64,000 nt of DNA from Macrostomum lignano. Its lineage: Eukaryota. The stretch covers positions 6,560-70,559 of the forward strand of contig NIVC01003902.1 in assembly GCA_002269645.1 (NCBI GenBank), in the 5' to 3' direction. The notes beneath the pieces are model-generated. The model did not search any database and was not told where the DNA came from. It worked only from the letters and a program-made list of their open reading frames with translations. Both the position numbers and the translations under genes were made by a program. Positions 49,523 through 63,011 of the stretch are shown here, piece by piece (the stretch's first letter is position 1; the number at the start of each line of letters is the position of its first letter).

Positions 49523-50212
49523 GGGCCGTATGCAGAAAGCTCCGTCTAAGGGTAGTCCGGTCTTGAAAAGCTAGTCTAGACTTGGATTTGGTATGCAGAA
49601 ACACAAAGTTAGACCCGTCTACTATAGACAGAACTAGGCTAGCTAGACCATAGACTATAGACTGAACTAGGCTAGCTAGACCATAGACTATAGACTGAAC
49701 TAGGCTAGCTAGACCATAGACTATAGACTGAACTAGGCTAGCTAGACCATAGACTATAGACTGAACTAGGCTAGCTAGACCATAGACTATAGACTGAACT
49801 AGGCTAGCTAGACCATAGACTATAGACTGAACTAGGCTAGCTAGACCATAGACTATAGACTGAACTAGGCTAGCTAGACCATAGACTATAGACTGAACTA
49901 GGCTAGCTAGACCATAGACTATAGACTGAACTAGGCTAGCTAGACCATAGACTATAGACTGAACTAGGCTAGCTAGACCATAGACTATAGACTGAACTAG
50001 GCTAGCTAGACCATAGACTATAGACTGAACTAGGCTAGCTAGACCATAGACTATAGACTGAACTAGGCTAGCTAGACCATAGACTATAGACTGAACTAGG
50101 CTAGCTAGACCATAGACTATAGACAGAACTAGGCTAGCTAGACCATAGACTATAGACTGAACTACCCAAGTCCGGACTAGCTAGTCTGGACTAGGCTTTC
50201 TGCATACGGCCC
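49523..50212. mobile_element. PIF/Harbinger-like MITE enclosing a 33-bp tandem array (about 16 copies)
   Basis: Perfect 18-bp TIR GGGCCGTATGCAGAAAGC (49523-49540 and 50195-50212), with TAT on both flanks. Internal array ACTAGGCTAGCTAGACCATAGACTATAGACTGA at about 49625-50163. Confidence 0.75.
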
Positions 50213-53200
50213 TATATATGGAGCGACACAGTATGGACGTGTATCGCGACGATGAGTTTCGAATAAGCGGCTCTTTCGTTTCTCTCGTGAAAGCGTTGGG
50301 TTTCTGGGATCTTGTCGTGGGCTTCTACCGGGCCCATCTCTGTTGAATTCCTATTCTATTGAAATCAAACTGACGCAAAAGCTAAGCTAGGTCAGTTTCT
50401 ACTTCGAGACAGACGCTAGGACGAAAGATAAGGCGATTTATACGACATACGAGAGATGCCGGGGGCCGCTTTCTCTTCGTCTATGGTCAAGAGGTGCCGA
50501 GCAGTTACTCAAATGAGGAGCAAATGAGGAGCAAATGAGAAATTTCCTTATTCATATGAACATTGAGCAACTGCTCCAGATCAGAGCAGTTGCTCGAGTT
50601 CGAGCTCTTGCTCAATCTCAGAGTTTGAAGTGAAACTCGCCAGTTATTGCTCACTTTATTTATATGGCCAAATTTATCGCTTCTTTGGCAACAACAGTGA
50701 CAAATTGTGTGATTTCATGCTCCTAATTGCAAGACTGAAACAAATAATGCTAAATTGAGGCAAGAATAAGTCAAATAAATAAGTCAACAAAGAGAAGAGG
50801 TGATCCAACGTTAATAATGCGATTGCAGAATCACTTACCTTAAATAGCCAGAATTAATACAGATAGAAGTCATTTCTCACTGTCTGTACTCGCCTTGTCA
50901 ACTTTATAATCAGAATCAGATAGCTAAAACACGTGTTGCACTTGATAACCGCTTGGATTATCAAAGCTTGTGGTTAAGTCCCAGATTTGTTTTGCTGGGG
51001 TGCGAAAAGTTTAAAAGATCGCAGCATTTATGTGAGTTAGCGGGAGGAGGGGCGGCTGCCGGCCCAATGGCGGCCCCTCCTCATTCCCAGCTCTTACTTA
51101 GGGTTCACCCGGTTTGGCTGCGAGCTAAATTAGGAAATCTAGTCCGCCTATGCGTCATGTGCGTACACCCAGGGAGGGGCCACGCGGTGCGGACGGCGGG
51201 TAGAGGAGAGAGAGGGAAAGGGGTGAGAGAGTGAGTGATATTGAGGGTTCCGCGTACACGCCATGCCTTTTCTAGAATGGACCTCGCGGAATTCAGTTTG
51301 CCTTTGTAGGAAAGGCGCGGGCAATTCACGTGACGCGATTCCGGAATAAGTTCGTCAAAAAAGGGAATTAGACTTCATTAAAATCGAAAAGTTATTGAGT
51401 CAAGATCAGGAAAAGCAATACATCATCTCCTGTGTCCAAAATTTGGGCCACTAAGACCAAGGAGGAAATGTTTCTTTAACTTACTTTACTAGAAATTACT
51501 AGCTTCATTTGAATTAGACGAATTTTGTTCTTCATCAAATTAGGTAAATATTTAAACAAACGGATTCCTAGAAAGAAGCCTTAAGTGCCCTTTAAAAACC
51601 ACTTTTCTCGAGAAGCTTTTTATGCGCTTTGCCGATAAGCAAGACGGGTTAGAAGTAGGGATTGGGGGAGGACAAACCTTCATTCAATGTACACTCGCAC
51701 AGTGTACATACATAGCTATTTACAAATGTACTCAGACTAGAATAGGACGGACAGGAGAATCCATCATAAGTCAGTGCGTACATATTAAGCACGAAGCGGC
51801 CGCCCCTCAGGCTGAAATAGAAAGATAACAAGCGCAGAGTTGATAAAGTGCGACAAAATGCACCGAATGACCCTGAAAGCCCTCCAAGCTCTGTTCAAAA
51901 GCTGCGCTTTCCAGTTTATCCAGTTTTGTAAATTGCGAGCGTAAAATGGGCGGCAGCAACGCTGGGTAAGTCGTTAAATTCGAAATCTATCTCAACTCTA
52001 AAGATTTAGGCGGTTTCAAGTCATTAAAGCAAATTGCGAAGGCGGACTGGCGGAGCTTGGGGGTAGTGGAACGCAATACTCGTGATAATCCACCCTGTAA
52101 TAACTTCTTTTGCCCTTAAATCCACCTCCAAAATTCAAAGAACTTGCATAAATTTGAAGTGGAAGAGTGTCCTGGAACAGCATCAGAAGGAAATTATTCC
52201 TTTCGGAAATACACAACATTTGATAGCGGCGAATTTGGTTTTAAAAAGAATGGCAGAATGACAGAAAGTTTTTAAGGTTTGGAAAAGCTACAGATAACTG
52301 TTGGAATTTGAGCCGTGAGTTCGAGCTCTCTTAGAGTCGTCAGTCGGTGCTGTCTTAGGAGTCATGTTCCTACCATGGGATTATAGAGTGTTGCATTCTC
52401 TGCATTTTTGAATCAGCTGCACCAGTTAAAAATAGAACAATGAACTTAGGATGCTCCATTGTCTGTCTGTCCAACTACTGTTGCAGTGTTAAATCCCGTA
52501 AAAAATACCCGGTAATTTTTATTGTAAAATATAGGTTCTGGTTGATAACAAAAAGAATCAGTATCCTGCTTGCTTACCTGTACAGGTGCTGGTGTCCGAG
52601 CAAGAGTTTCGCCGAAAAAAAAACTGAGGGTCTGCAAAGTCAGGTGTGTCAGCTTTCAACTATTAAAACAGAAGCTCCAGTTGTTCTGATTGTGTGGCAA
52701 TTTATGCTGCCCTGACAACTTTTGAGTTTCGCTCTTGAATTTATATACTTGAAGCACAGCTGGCGGCCTAATCAAAGACATTTATAAACCCCAACCCGGC
52801 CCTGATCTCCTCTGTGTTCGGCCTCCGCCTGTGCGCAAAGATCATATAAATTCGTTCGTTTCTCTCCTTTGTCGGTGAGCTGGAAGAGCTGCTGTATTTT
52901 TGGACCGATGGGGTGGGTAGGGGCGCCATAATTGATGTCCATGCGTGCGCACCCGCCCCCCATAGCCATGGAGACCTTGTAGTTAGAATCTGGACTGGGA
53001 GTGGGTCTTTTGACACTTCACAAATCACAATAGCAATCTGACCCGCTTAAGGCTTATGTCTCTTCTCTCCACTCTTCTCTCTTATCTCTCCTTTTTCTTC
53101 TTTCCTCTTATCTTTTCTCTCACGTCTGTTCTCTCATTTCTTTTCTTTTCTCTCTCCTCTATTCCCTCTTACTTTCCTCTCTCATCTCTCCCGGTAGTCA

Positions 53201-53377
53201 TGAGCTAGATTATTTATTTGGCCCTTGAAGTAAAATTGTTAGCCGACAAAGGGTTGGACTAATTAATCGTTTGAAAGCTGAATTATAAAAACTTATTCTT
53301 CATAAATTCAGTCATTCATTCTGTTTCATTATAAAGCCTAATAAATCTTCACAAGTCGCTTGAATTTTAGAAAATTT

Positions 53378-54460
53378 CAAGGATCGGCTAGCTTTTACCT
53401 CAGAGGCCAGATAGGAATTTAGTGCATGATTGCGGGTCAGAGGAGGGAATAGATAAGAGGGAATAAAAGAGAGAAGAGAAGAAATAGGAGAGGAGAGAGG
53501 AGGAAAGAGGAGAGAGGAGAACAGAGAAGAGAGGAGAAGAGAGAAGAGAGGAGAAGAGAGAAGAGAGGAGAGGAGAGAGGAGGAGAGAGGAGAGGAGAGA
53601 GGAGAGGAGAGAGGAGGAGAGAGCAGAGGAGAGAGGAGAGAGGAGAGAGGAGAAGAGAGGAGAGAGGAGAGAAAGAGGAGAGGAGAGAGGAGAGGAGAGA
53701 GTAGAGGAGAGAGGAGAGAGGAGAGAGGAGAAGAGAGAAGAGAGGAGAGGAGAGAGGAGGAGAGAGGAGAGGAGAGAGGAGAGAGGAGAGAGGAGAGAGG
53801 AGAAGAGAGGAGAGAGGAGGAGAGAGGAGAGAGGAGAAGAGAGAAGAGAGGAGAGGAGAGAGGAGGAGAGAGGAGAGGAGAGAGGAGAGAGGAGAAGAGA
53901 GAAGAGAGGAGAGGAGAGAGGAGGAGAGAGGAGAGGAGAGAGGAGAGGAGAGAGGAGGAGAGAGGAGAGGAGAGAGGAGAGAGGAGAGAGGAGAAGAGAG
54001 GAGAGAGGAGAGAAAGAGGAGAGGAGAGAGGAGAGAAAGAGGAGAGGAGAGAGGAGAGGAGAGAGTAGAGGAGAGAGGAGAGAGGAGAGAGGAGAAGAGA
54101 GAAGAGAGGAGAGGAGAGAGGAGGAGAGAGGAGAGGAGAGAGGAGAGAGGAGAGAGGAGAGAGGAGAAGAGAGGAGAGAGGAGAGAAAGAGGAGAGGAGA
54201 GAGGAGAAGAGAGGAGAGAGGAGAAGAGAGGAGAAGAGAGGAGAGGGGAGAAGAGAGAAGAGAGAAGAGAGGAGAGAGGAGAAGAGAGGAGAGAGGAGAA
54301 GAGAGGAGAGAGAAGGGAGAAGAGAGAAGAGAGGAGAGAGGAGAAGAGAGGAGAGAGAAGGGAGAAGAGAGAAGAGAGGAGAGACGAGAGAGGAGAAAGG
54401 AGAGGAAAGAGTTTCAAAGGACGCTAGGGCCGGATAGAGAGGCTTCGCGGGCCGGAGTTT
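53378..54460 (-). mobile_element. Degenerate inverted copy of the hAT MITE with a GA-rich tract of about 960 bp
   Basis: The reverse complement of 54421-54460 (AAACTCCGGCCCGCGAAGCCTCTCTATCCGGCCCT) matches the subterminal sequence at 39418-39453. Degenerate TIR CAAGGATCGGCTAGCTTTTA at 53378. Confidence 0.65.
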
Positions 54461-55128
54461 CACAGCTGGTGGTCCGGGTGTTACTCCATATTATAGTTTC
54501 AGACCTCCTTGACCCAAAGTCCTCTCTCTCTGACCCGCTTTGCACTGTCCGTAACCGGCCGCCACCCCCAGCGGGAGGAAAGGGATGCGAAGCAACATCA
54601 AAGAGAAGCGCGCCGCCGGACAGAGAGAGAAGGAGGAATATAATATTAAGTGCATAGATTGGGAGAGCGGAAGGGGATTAGTGACATCGTAGGGATAGGA
54701 AGCCAACAAAACTTCAATAGGAGAAGATGCTGTTTGCAGGGACTTACGATTATTACAGTTATTCATAATAGTGATTCGAGAGCAGAAGGACATTGAGTGC
54801 ATTTTTCGAAGCTGTAAATTGATGCATAGAAATGTCGAAGCGTACTCAGAGAACGGCGGTGCCCATTTTGGTGCTGCTCGTGCCAATGAAAGGACTGGCA
54901 AGGTAATAGAGACGTGTGTGGTCCTGTCTTGTGCCTGTGTTGCAGTGACCCTTGGGCCTGTGTTGTTAGCAAACACAGAGAGAAAGTAAACAAAAGGCAC
55001 TTCTGACAGTATTTTTGAATGTCATGCTTCCGCTACAGATAATTTATTAGCTTTGCTGCTATTACAAAATCATTGTATGTCTATCAACGAATACCAAAAT
55101 GGCACCATTCAGATCAAAGATGACACCA

Positions 55129-55265
55129 ACCTACCTACCTACCTACCTACCTACCTACCTACCTACCTACCTACCTACCTACCTACCTACCTACCTACCT
55201 ACCTACCTACCTACCTACCTACCTACCTACCTACCTACCTACCTACCTACCTACCTACCTACTAA
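55129..55265. repeat. (CCTA)n microsatellite
   Basis: About 34 units. Confidence 0.95.
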
Positions 55266-55926
55266 CTCCCAACATAACTACCTACTTACCGATATTTAGT
55301 ATTTGGGACTCGTATTCAAGCCACACCAGTAACCAAGTATTATTGCAACAGAAGACAGTACAGAAATGTCGGCACCTTTAAAGCTTCAAAAAGACTGTCC
55401 CGCCACTATTACAAAGAACCGCCGCCGCCGCCCGCTAGCATGCTTCTCAAACAAAGACTCCAAACCAGCGGCCGGGTCAACTGGAAAGTGCAAAGGGATT
55501 TAACCAACTTATTAGTCATCGGACAGTGCGGTGAGGACAAAAGGAAAAAGGAGCAGCGTTATTAATAACGGACCGAGCGAACCCCGAAGGTTAATTTGCA
55601 CCGAAACTTGTCTCCTTATCTTTTCATGGTGTCAGCCGCGGGGAGCTGGTTGTTAAGCTTGGGTGACTGGGGCACAGCTGTCACTCAGCCGGTGCAAGAG
55701 ACCTTTTTGTTACTAAAAAATAGGAATCTTATCTATGCATTCTGTGAAGGGTTCTATTTTTACGAGGTTTGATATACACGATTTGATGACGCCCCGTGAC
55801 ATTTATTAGGCCGAATGTGAAAATACAAAACTGGTGTTCGTTGTTCTCAGGGAGACAAAAATTTTTTTGAGAGTGCCCCAATATGAGGTGCATGGGAGGT
55901 GCCAACTGCGGCCGCCTAACTTCACT

Positions 55927-56125
55927 ATGTCCTTGGGGCTTGGTGCGCTGTCCTTGGGGCTTGGTGCGCTGTCCTTGGGGCTTGGTGCGCTGTCCTTGGG
56001 GCTTGGTGCGCTGTCCTTGGGGTTTGGTGTGCTGTCCTTGGGGCTTGGTGCGCTGTCCTTGGGGTTTGGTGCGCTGTCCTTGGGGTTTGGTGCGCTGTCC
56101 TTGGGGCTCATGGCGCTGTCCTTGG
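55927..56125. repeat. 21-bp minisatellite (GTCCTTGGGGCTTGGTGCGCT) x about 9
   Basis: Directly visible tandem units. Confidence 0.92.
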
Positions 56126-56674
56126 AGGCACTGTATTTAATAGAATGTTGGGATCATATCTGCATGATATTTGCGGGGATTGATTTGCATTACATTATGT
56201 CTGAATCAGCTGTGAATCGGCTGCGTTTAACAATATTATATAGCCTTAGTGTTCAGGGACGACTACTGTAAGTAAGATGTTATGGTTGGGGTCGATATTG
56301 ACGGGTTTAGCTGGAATTCCACAGTCCCACTCAGAGAACTTTTAAAAAACCAATAATGAGTTCCTGCGTCATGGAGGCTTGGCAAAATAAGGCAAGTTTT
56401 TTTACAATGTTCAAGTTGCTTGCGAATTGAAATCTCTTTTTCCTTTGACGAATTTCCCCTTGATGTATTCTCTATCGATTGCACGTGACCTGGTGGTGCC
56501 TGCTCACCAAACTTGCATGTGAAGGGCGAAAAAATTTGCTTTCAAGGTATCTGATGACAAAAAAGAGAGTCTTGAAGTTTTCTTTGCGCTGTTTGTTATT
56601 TCAGAGACCTGCAGCTCAACTTTCCAGCTGCAGTCACGGCATGCTTGTGAAATTTGGCCTGAATTAACCTTATT

Positions 56675-57780
<1,106 letters not shown>

Positions 57781-58444
57781 TACACTGGTAGAGATGTAAC
57801 AAAACAATGGAAATTGATTGTCATTTTTAGTCAAGCCCTGTACTATTCATATATTAGCCGTCAATAGCCGAAAATGGAATTGCAAAACTCACAGAAAAAA
57901 ATCTACGTTACCAAAAGATTGACTCAACAAAAGGGACAGACAGCACATTGTCTTCGGGAAAAATGAAAATGAAATTGGCGCCATGAACAAATGACAGTTG
58001 GCTCTTAAGTAGCCCACGTAGATAAATTTGATTACGTTCGTAGCATTGACGAGACTTAGTTCAAGCTTATTTAAACTGAATTTTTCATAAAGAGTTTGGG
58101 TACCTGCTCGCACAGGTGGAGCAGGAACCCGCTGCTGACTAGCAGTAATGAGTGCAACATGACATCAGCCATTGTGTCACAAACTAGCTCAGAAACAAGA
58201 AATCGGTGACATTTAAAATCTATATGCGATATTACGAGTTGCATATAGGAGAAGCATGGGAGAAATAAACAGGATGTTCGTAAAAGCCGCATCCTGGTAG
58301 ACCATCTGTCTTCAGTGAGCTTGGGACGCTATAAGTCAGTAGTGCCACCCAGGACTGTGCATTTATGCCTGGGTGAAGTCATTTTTCAATGTGCGCTTTT
58401 GTCACTGAAACTTATGAGTGTCAACAGCTATGCAAGTTATGTAA

Positions 58445-59250
58445 CCACAGAGAGTCAGCCTGCCCAATCACAGCTCCACTGCAGGCACCACACACAGAGT
58501 CAGCCTCCCCAATCACAGCTCCACTGCAGGCACCATACAGAGAGTCAGCCTCCCAGTCACAGCTCCACTGCAGGCACCACACAGAGCGTCAGCCTGCCCA
58601 ATCACAGCTCCACTGCAGGCACCACACAGAGAGTCAGCCTCCCCAATCACAGCTCCACTGCAGGCACCACACAGAGAGTCAGCCTCCCCAATCACAGCTC
58701 CACTGCAGGCACCACACAGAGAGTCAGCCTCCCCAATCACAGCTCCACTGCAGGCACCACACAGAGAGTGAGCCTCCCCAATCACAGCTCCACTGCAGGC
58801 ACCACACAGAGAATCAGCCTCCCCAATCACAGCTCCACTGCAGACACCACACAGAGAGTCAGCCTCCCCAGTCACAGCTCCACTGCAGGCACCACACAGA
58901 GAGTCAGCCTCCCCAATCACAGCTCCACTGCAGACACCACACAGAGAGTCAGCCTCCCCAATCACAGCTCCACTGCAGGCACCACACAGAGAGTCAGCCT
59001 CCCCAATCACAGCTCCACTGCAGGCACCACACACAGAGTCAGCCTCCCCAATCACAGCTCCACTGCAGGCACCACACACAGAGTCAGCCTCCCCAATCAC
59101 AGCTCCACTGCAGGCACCACACACAGAGTCAGCCTCCCCAATCACAGCTCCACTGCAGGCACCACACACAGAGTCAGCCTCCCCAATCACAGCTCCACTG
59201 CAGGCACCACACACAGAGTCAGCCTCCCCAATCACAGCTCCACTGCAGGC
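58445..59250. repeat. 45-bp minisatellite x about 18 abutting and overlapping the GPCR 3' end
   Basis: Unit ACCACACAGAGAGTCAGCCTCCCCAATCACAGCTCCACTGCAGGC; the GPCR stop (59232-59234) lies in the terminal unit. Confidence 0.95.
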
Positions 59251-62200
59251 CTCGGCTGCCCGCCGACCTCGCGTAGCTCCATCCGCAGCAGCCTGCGCTG
59301 GCACTGCCGCTGCCGCTGTTGCTGGAGGCGACGCCGAGCGGCAGCAGCGCCGCAGAGCAGCCGCAACAGCCGGCGGCAGACGGCCCGGCGGAAGGATCGC
59401 AGGGCGAAGCAGTAAAGCACAAAGTTGAGGCTGAACCCGAGGCTCTGCATGCAGTTGGTGACGGCTTCCACAGCTTTGTAGGCGGCGTTGGTCTCCAGAC
59501 TCTCTCGCTGTTCGTCGGAGTTGCCGGCCCGGAGCAGCGCGTAGAGCTTGATGGTCTCGCTGGGTGCCACCAGGACCAGAAAGGTGACCACGATGCACAC
59601 CAGAGTGATGGTCATCGTGGTCCCGGAGCGGCCGTCCGCTGGAATTTTTATTAAAGAAAGTGACTTGAAGAACCATTTTTAGACGACTGGAGCACCATAT
59701 TCTCGACAGACTGTCTAAGGCAAAACGCAAATTAGCACAATGCAAAAAAGCAGATCTTTGCGATATCCGTTTTGTGAGTTTTTTTCATGATCTGCGACCG
59801 CAGCGTCTTTCTGTGTCGTATTGAATTCTTAAAATTGCCCTTTTCCCGATCTTTGGAATACATTTTAACTTTAAACTCGATGCAGCTCAGGGGTCGGCAA
59901 ACTCCGGCCCACGAAGCCTCTCTATCAAGATTTATCTTGGGATAGTATTGTGAAGTATGCAACTTCACAATAGCAATCCAGCCCGCTCAAGGTTTGTCTC
60001 TCTTCTCAGCTCTCTCATCTCCTCTCTTACCTCTCATCTCCTATCCTCTCATCTTCTCTCTTACCTCTTCTTTCTTTTTATCTTCCATCTCTTCTCTCAT
60101 TTCATCTCCCATCTCTTCTCTCATTTCATCTCCCATCTCTTCTCTCCTTTCATCTCCCATCTCTTCTCTCATTTCATCTCCCATCTCTTCTCTCATTTCA
60201 TCTCCCATCTCTTCTCTCATTTCATCTCCCATCTCTTCTCTCATTTCAACTCTCCATCTCTTCTCTCATTTTTATCTCACATCTCTTCTCTCGTTTCATC
60301 TCCCATCTGAAGATTCTTTATCTTAAAAATGTTTGCGGACCCACGATGTAGCCTAGCTCGCACATGTTTAAAACAGCGATTTATCCTGCATTTTAGCTGC
60401 AGTTTCCGTTTTCTTACTGACAAGACGGATCGCAGTTCATCCAAAAATCCAAAATTCATTCAAAAATGTTCTTCTATACAGCGGCCGCCACTTGGAACTG
60501 TCAATACACTCGCAGCTTGGAGAGTTCGCCCTCCAGTGCAGCTCGCCCCCAGCCCTTGAGTCGTCACTCTCAGTATGACAGAGACGGAGGCTTCTTTCTG
60601 CCCAATCCAGGCCTATTCGTCCAAGGGGGGGGGGCGCGTACGACAAGCTCGAATCTTCACAAGCTCGAATCTTCACAAGTCTCGAATCTTCACAAGCTCG
60701 AATCTTCACAAGCGCAACATTTAATTGTGTCATGCAAAATTTTATGCTAAACTTATGAAACTACCCATCGAATTCACCTGGAACTCGACCTGCAGAGACA
60801 GTCGCGTCAGAATCACCTCGGTGTTCATCGAGTCTGCTTGGGCGATTACCGGATGCGGTGTCACGCGCAGCCCGCATCCGAGCAAATTTGAGTCCGGGGC
60901 AGCCTAGCTTGGTCCAGATTTGGCTCAAGATTGGTGCAGTATGCGGAGACTAATGAAATGCGAGAAAACCGTTTGTGTTTTTGTTCTGCGAGTTCAACTC
61001 GTCGACGGTGAAGACACGTGAGTTGTGCAGGAAAAGTACCTTTCAGGTAAACATATGGCAATTGCAGCCGGTTCTCGGCAAGTCTGGCTAAAGGAGCAGA
61101 AGGCGTGTTGCCGACAGGAGAGCAAGCAAGCCAGAGATGCTCGCGACACAGCGAAGCCAAACCAGTCAAAGTGAACTCGGCATGAAATCCATTAGCGACA
61201 CAAAGCCAGGGCACTTCGCGCTCTCGATCACCGTAAATAAACCGAAATAAGTGACGCCCGCTAAAGAGCTCATACTGCTCCATTAAAATTGAGCACATGC
61301 ATTGAAACCCCGCTGAAACGTGTTGAACAGAGCCTCGGAGCCTCCCTTTTCTGCCCCCAAATGAGGGTAACAATTGTATTGTTAGTTAGACATACAAGAT
61401 TTACCATAGACCGGGTCACAGATACTAGAATAACTAGATGGGCCACTCAGCACATTAGCGTGTAAGCTACTTTCTGTTCAGTAGCAAGTTAAACTGAAGC
61501 ATTTTAATTTATTCTTAAAGCCAAGGCTCATTTTAATTGGCTCTCCCCCCCAGCTTAAACCCTCCAACCGCGCCTTTCCACACTACCCCCCTCGTCCCGC
61601 CCCAATTTTTATTGCCTTTCTCGGAATTCCAGCCTAAAGCTGCCATGTACATTTCAGTGGACCGGCTAATGTACATTACTGCTGAACCAATTAGCAAGCT
61701 GTTTACGCCTGCAAGCTTGGGCTTCTAAACTTATCAAAGTCGTTTCAGCTGGCTTTATTCTTATAACATAGCTTATGTATCCTTCTTTGCTACTGAACTG
61801 AAAGTAGAAAGCTGATTTACTAAGTATTTATGCCTGAGTGGCCCATCTAGTTATTCTAGTATCTGTGCATAGACCAGACAGATTCTCACCAAGCGGGGGT
61901 GCGGGGACGGAGTCCTAACCATAGACAAATTTGACTGAAATTTTGTCGACGGACTAAAAATCGATCTGCTTTTGTTGTTTTCGTTGCTAAATCCTAATTT
62001 TTCTATATTTTCTTTGCGCGCGTTAAATACGCTTTACCAATAAAATCTATCATAGACACATCAATGCCATATATCAAAGCCATACACATTATCGGGCATG
62101 CCTAAAGGCTCGCTGACTTAAAAGCCTACGAACAATAGACCAACGAAAGCGGTCGAGTCCTCACCCTTGCCGGCTGAGCCGGCGGTCGAGCAGCGACCGC

Positions 62201-63011
62201 CGCTGTTGCTGTGGCTGTTCGTCAGGCGCCTGCGGTCAGCCACGGCCCGCCTGACGCTCAACAGCAGGCGAGCGTTGCAGTACACGAGAACTATCAGCGG
62301 CAGAACGTTCCCGGCCAGGGCCCACATCACTCGGTAGGCGGTGTCCACGCCAGGACTGACTATAGCTACGGCCTCTGTGGCGTACATCAGCTGCCAGTCT
62401 GTGCCGGGTTCGCGCGCCAGGCAGCGGCGCCAGGCAACGACGGGATTGCGACGACCACAGCATCGGCAGGTTGAACGCCGCGGCGAAAGCGAACGCGCCG
62501 ACAACCACGGCGACGCGGGCCCGACTGTCGCCAACTGGACCGCGGCCCGACCGAGCCCGCAGCGGCTGGCAGACGGCTAGGCAGCGTTGAACAGCCAGCG
62601 CCACAGTCAGCAGCGTCGACGACATGATGAACGCGCTGATGACGGCCGGCGCGGCCATGTGGTAATAGTGTCCGAAGCTGCGGCCGGCGGACAGGCGGCC
62701 GGTCAGCGCGGTGGGCAGGACGCACAGGCTGAACAGCAGGTCGCTGACGGCCAGGACCACCAAACCGAGCTTGGCGCCGCCGTCGCGAGAGCCCAGCGAG
62801 TTGCGCATGGCCGGGTCGGTGAGGCCCAGCAGGCTAAGGGCGTTGCCAACGACGCCTAGAAGCGAGATAGGCAGCGTGAGACGTTCACTGGCCGCTACTA
62901 CCACGGCCGCTGGGCCGTCGGCCTGCAGAGCGAGGCAGAACTGGAGGAGGAGTTGTTGCTCATACTCTGTTAACTCGCGCTGTTCCACTTGTTCGTGGCG
63001 CTTCTGTGAGG
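59232..63011 (-). CDS. Class A (rhodopsin-like) peptide-receptor-type GPCR, FMRFamide-receptor-like; frameshift in ECL2; N-terminal exon not found
   Basis: Exons about 63011-62165 and 59638-59232 (phase 1 G|CG). TM1 GVVGNALSL, TM2 LAVSDLLF, TM3 AVQRCLAVCQPL, TM4 FNLPML, TM5 GNVLPLIVLVYCNARL, TM6 TFLVLVAPSE, TM7 SLNFVLY. One extra nt at about 62430 separates the TM4 and TM5 frames. Confidence 0.82.
59888..60345 (+). mobile_element. Third hAT MITE copy with a CT-rich tract of about 315 bp, in the GPCR intron
   Basis: Left TIR CAGGGGTCGGCAAAC. Right GTTTGCGGACCCACG (12/15). Flanks ATGCAGCT and ATGTAGCC (6/8). Confidence 0.75.
61417..61867. mobile_element. MITE with 34-bp perfect TIRs in the GPCR intron
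   Basis: CACAGATACTAGAATAACTAGATGGGCCACTCAG at 61417-61450 and its reverse complement at 61834-61867. CATAGACC at 61405-61412 and 61868-61875 (offset by 4 nt on the left). Confidence 0.72.

Noticed and set aside
60861-61373. 170-aa minus-strand ORF within the GPCR intron
   Set aside because: No recognisable motif, starts at a non-ATG codon, and has no splice support.
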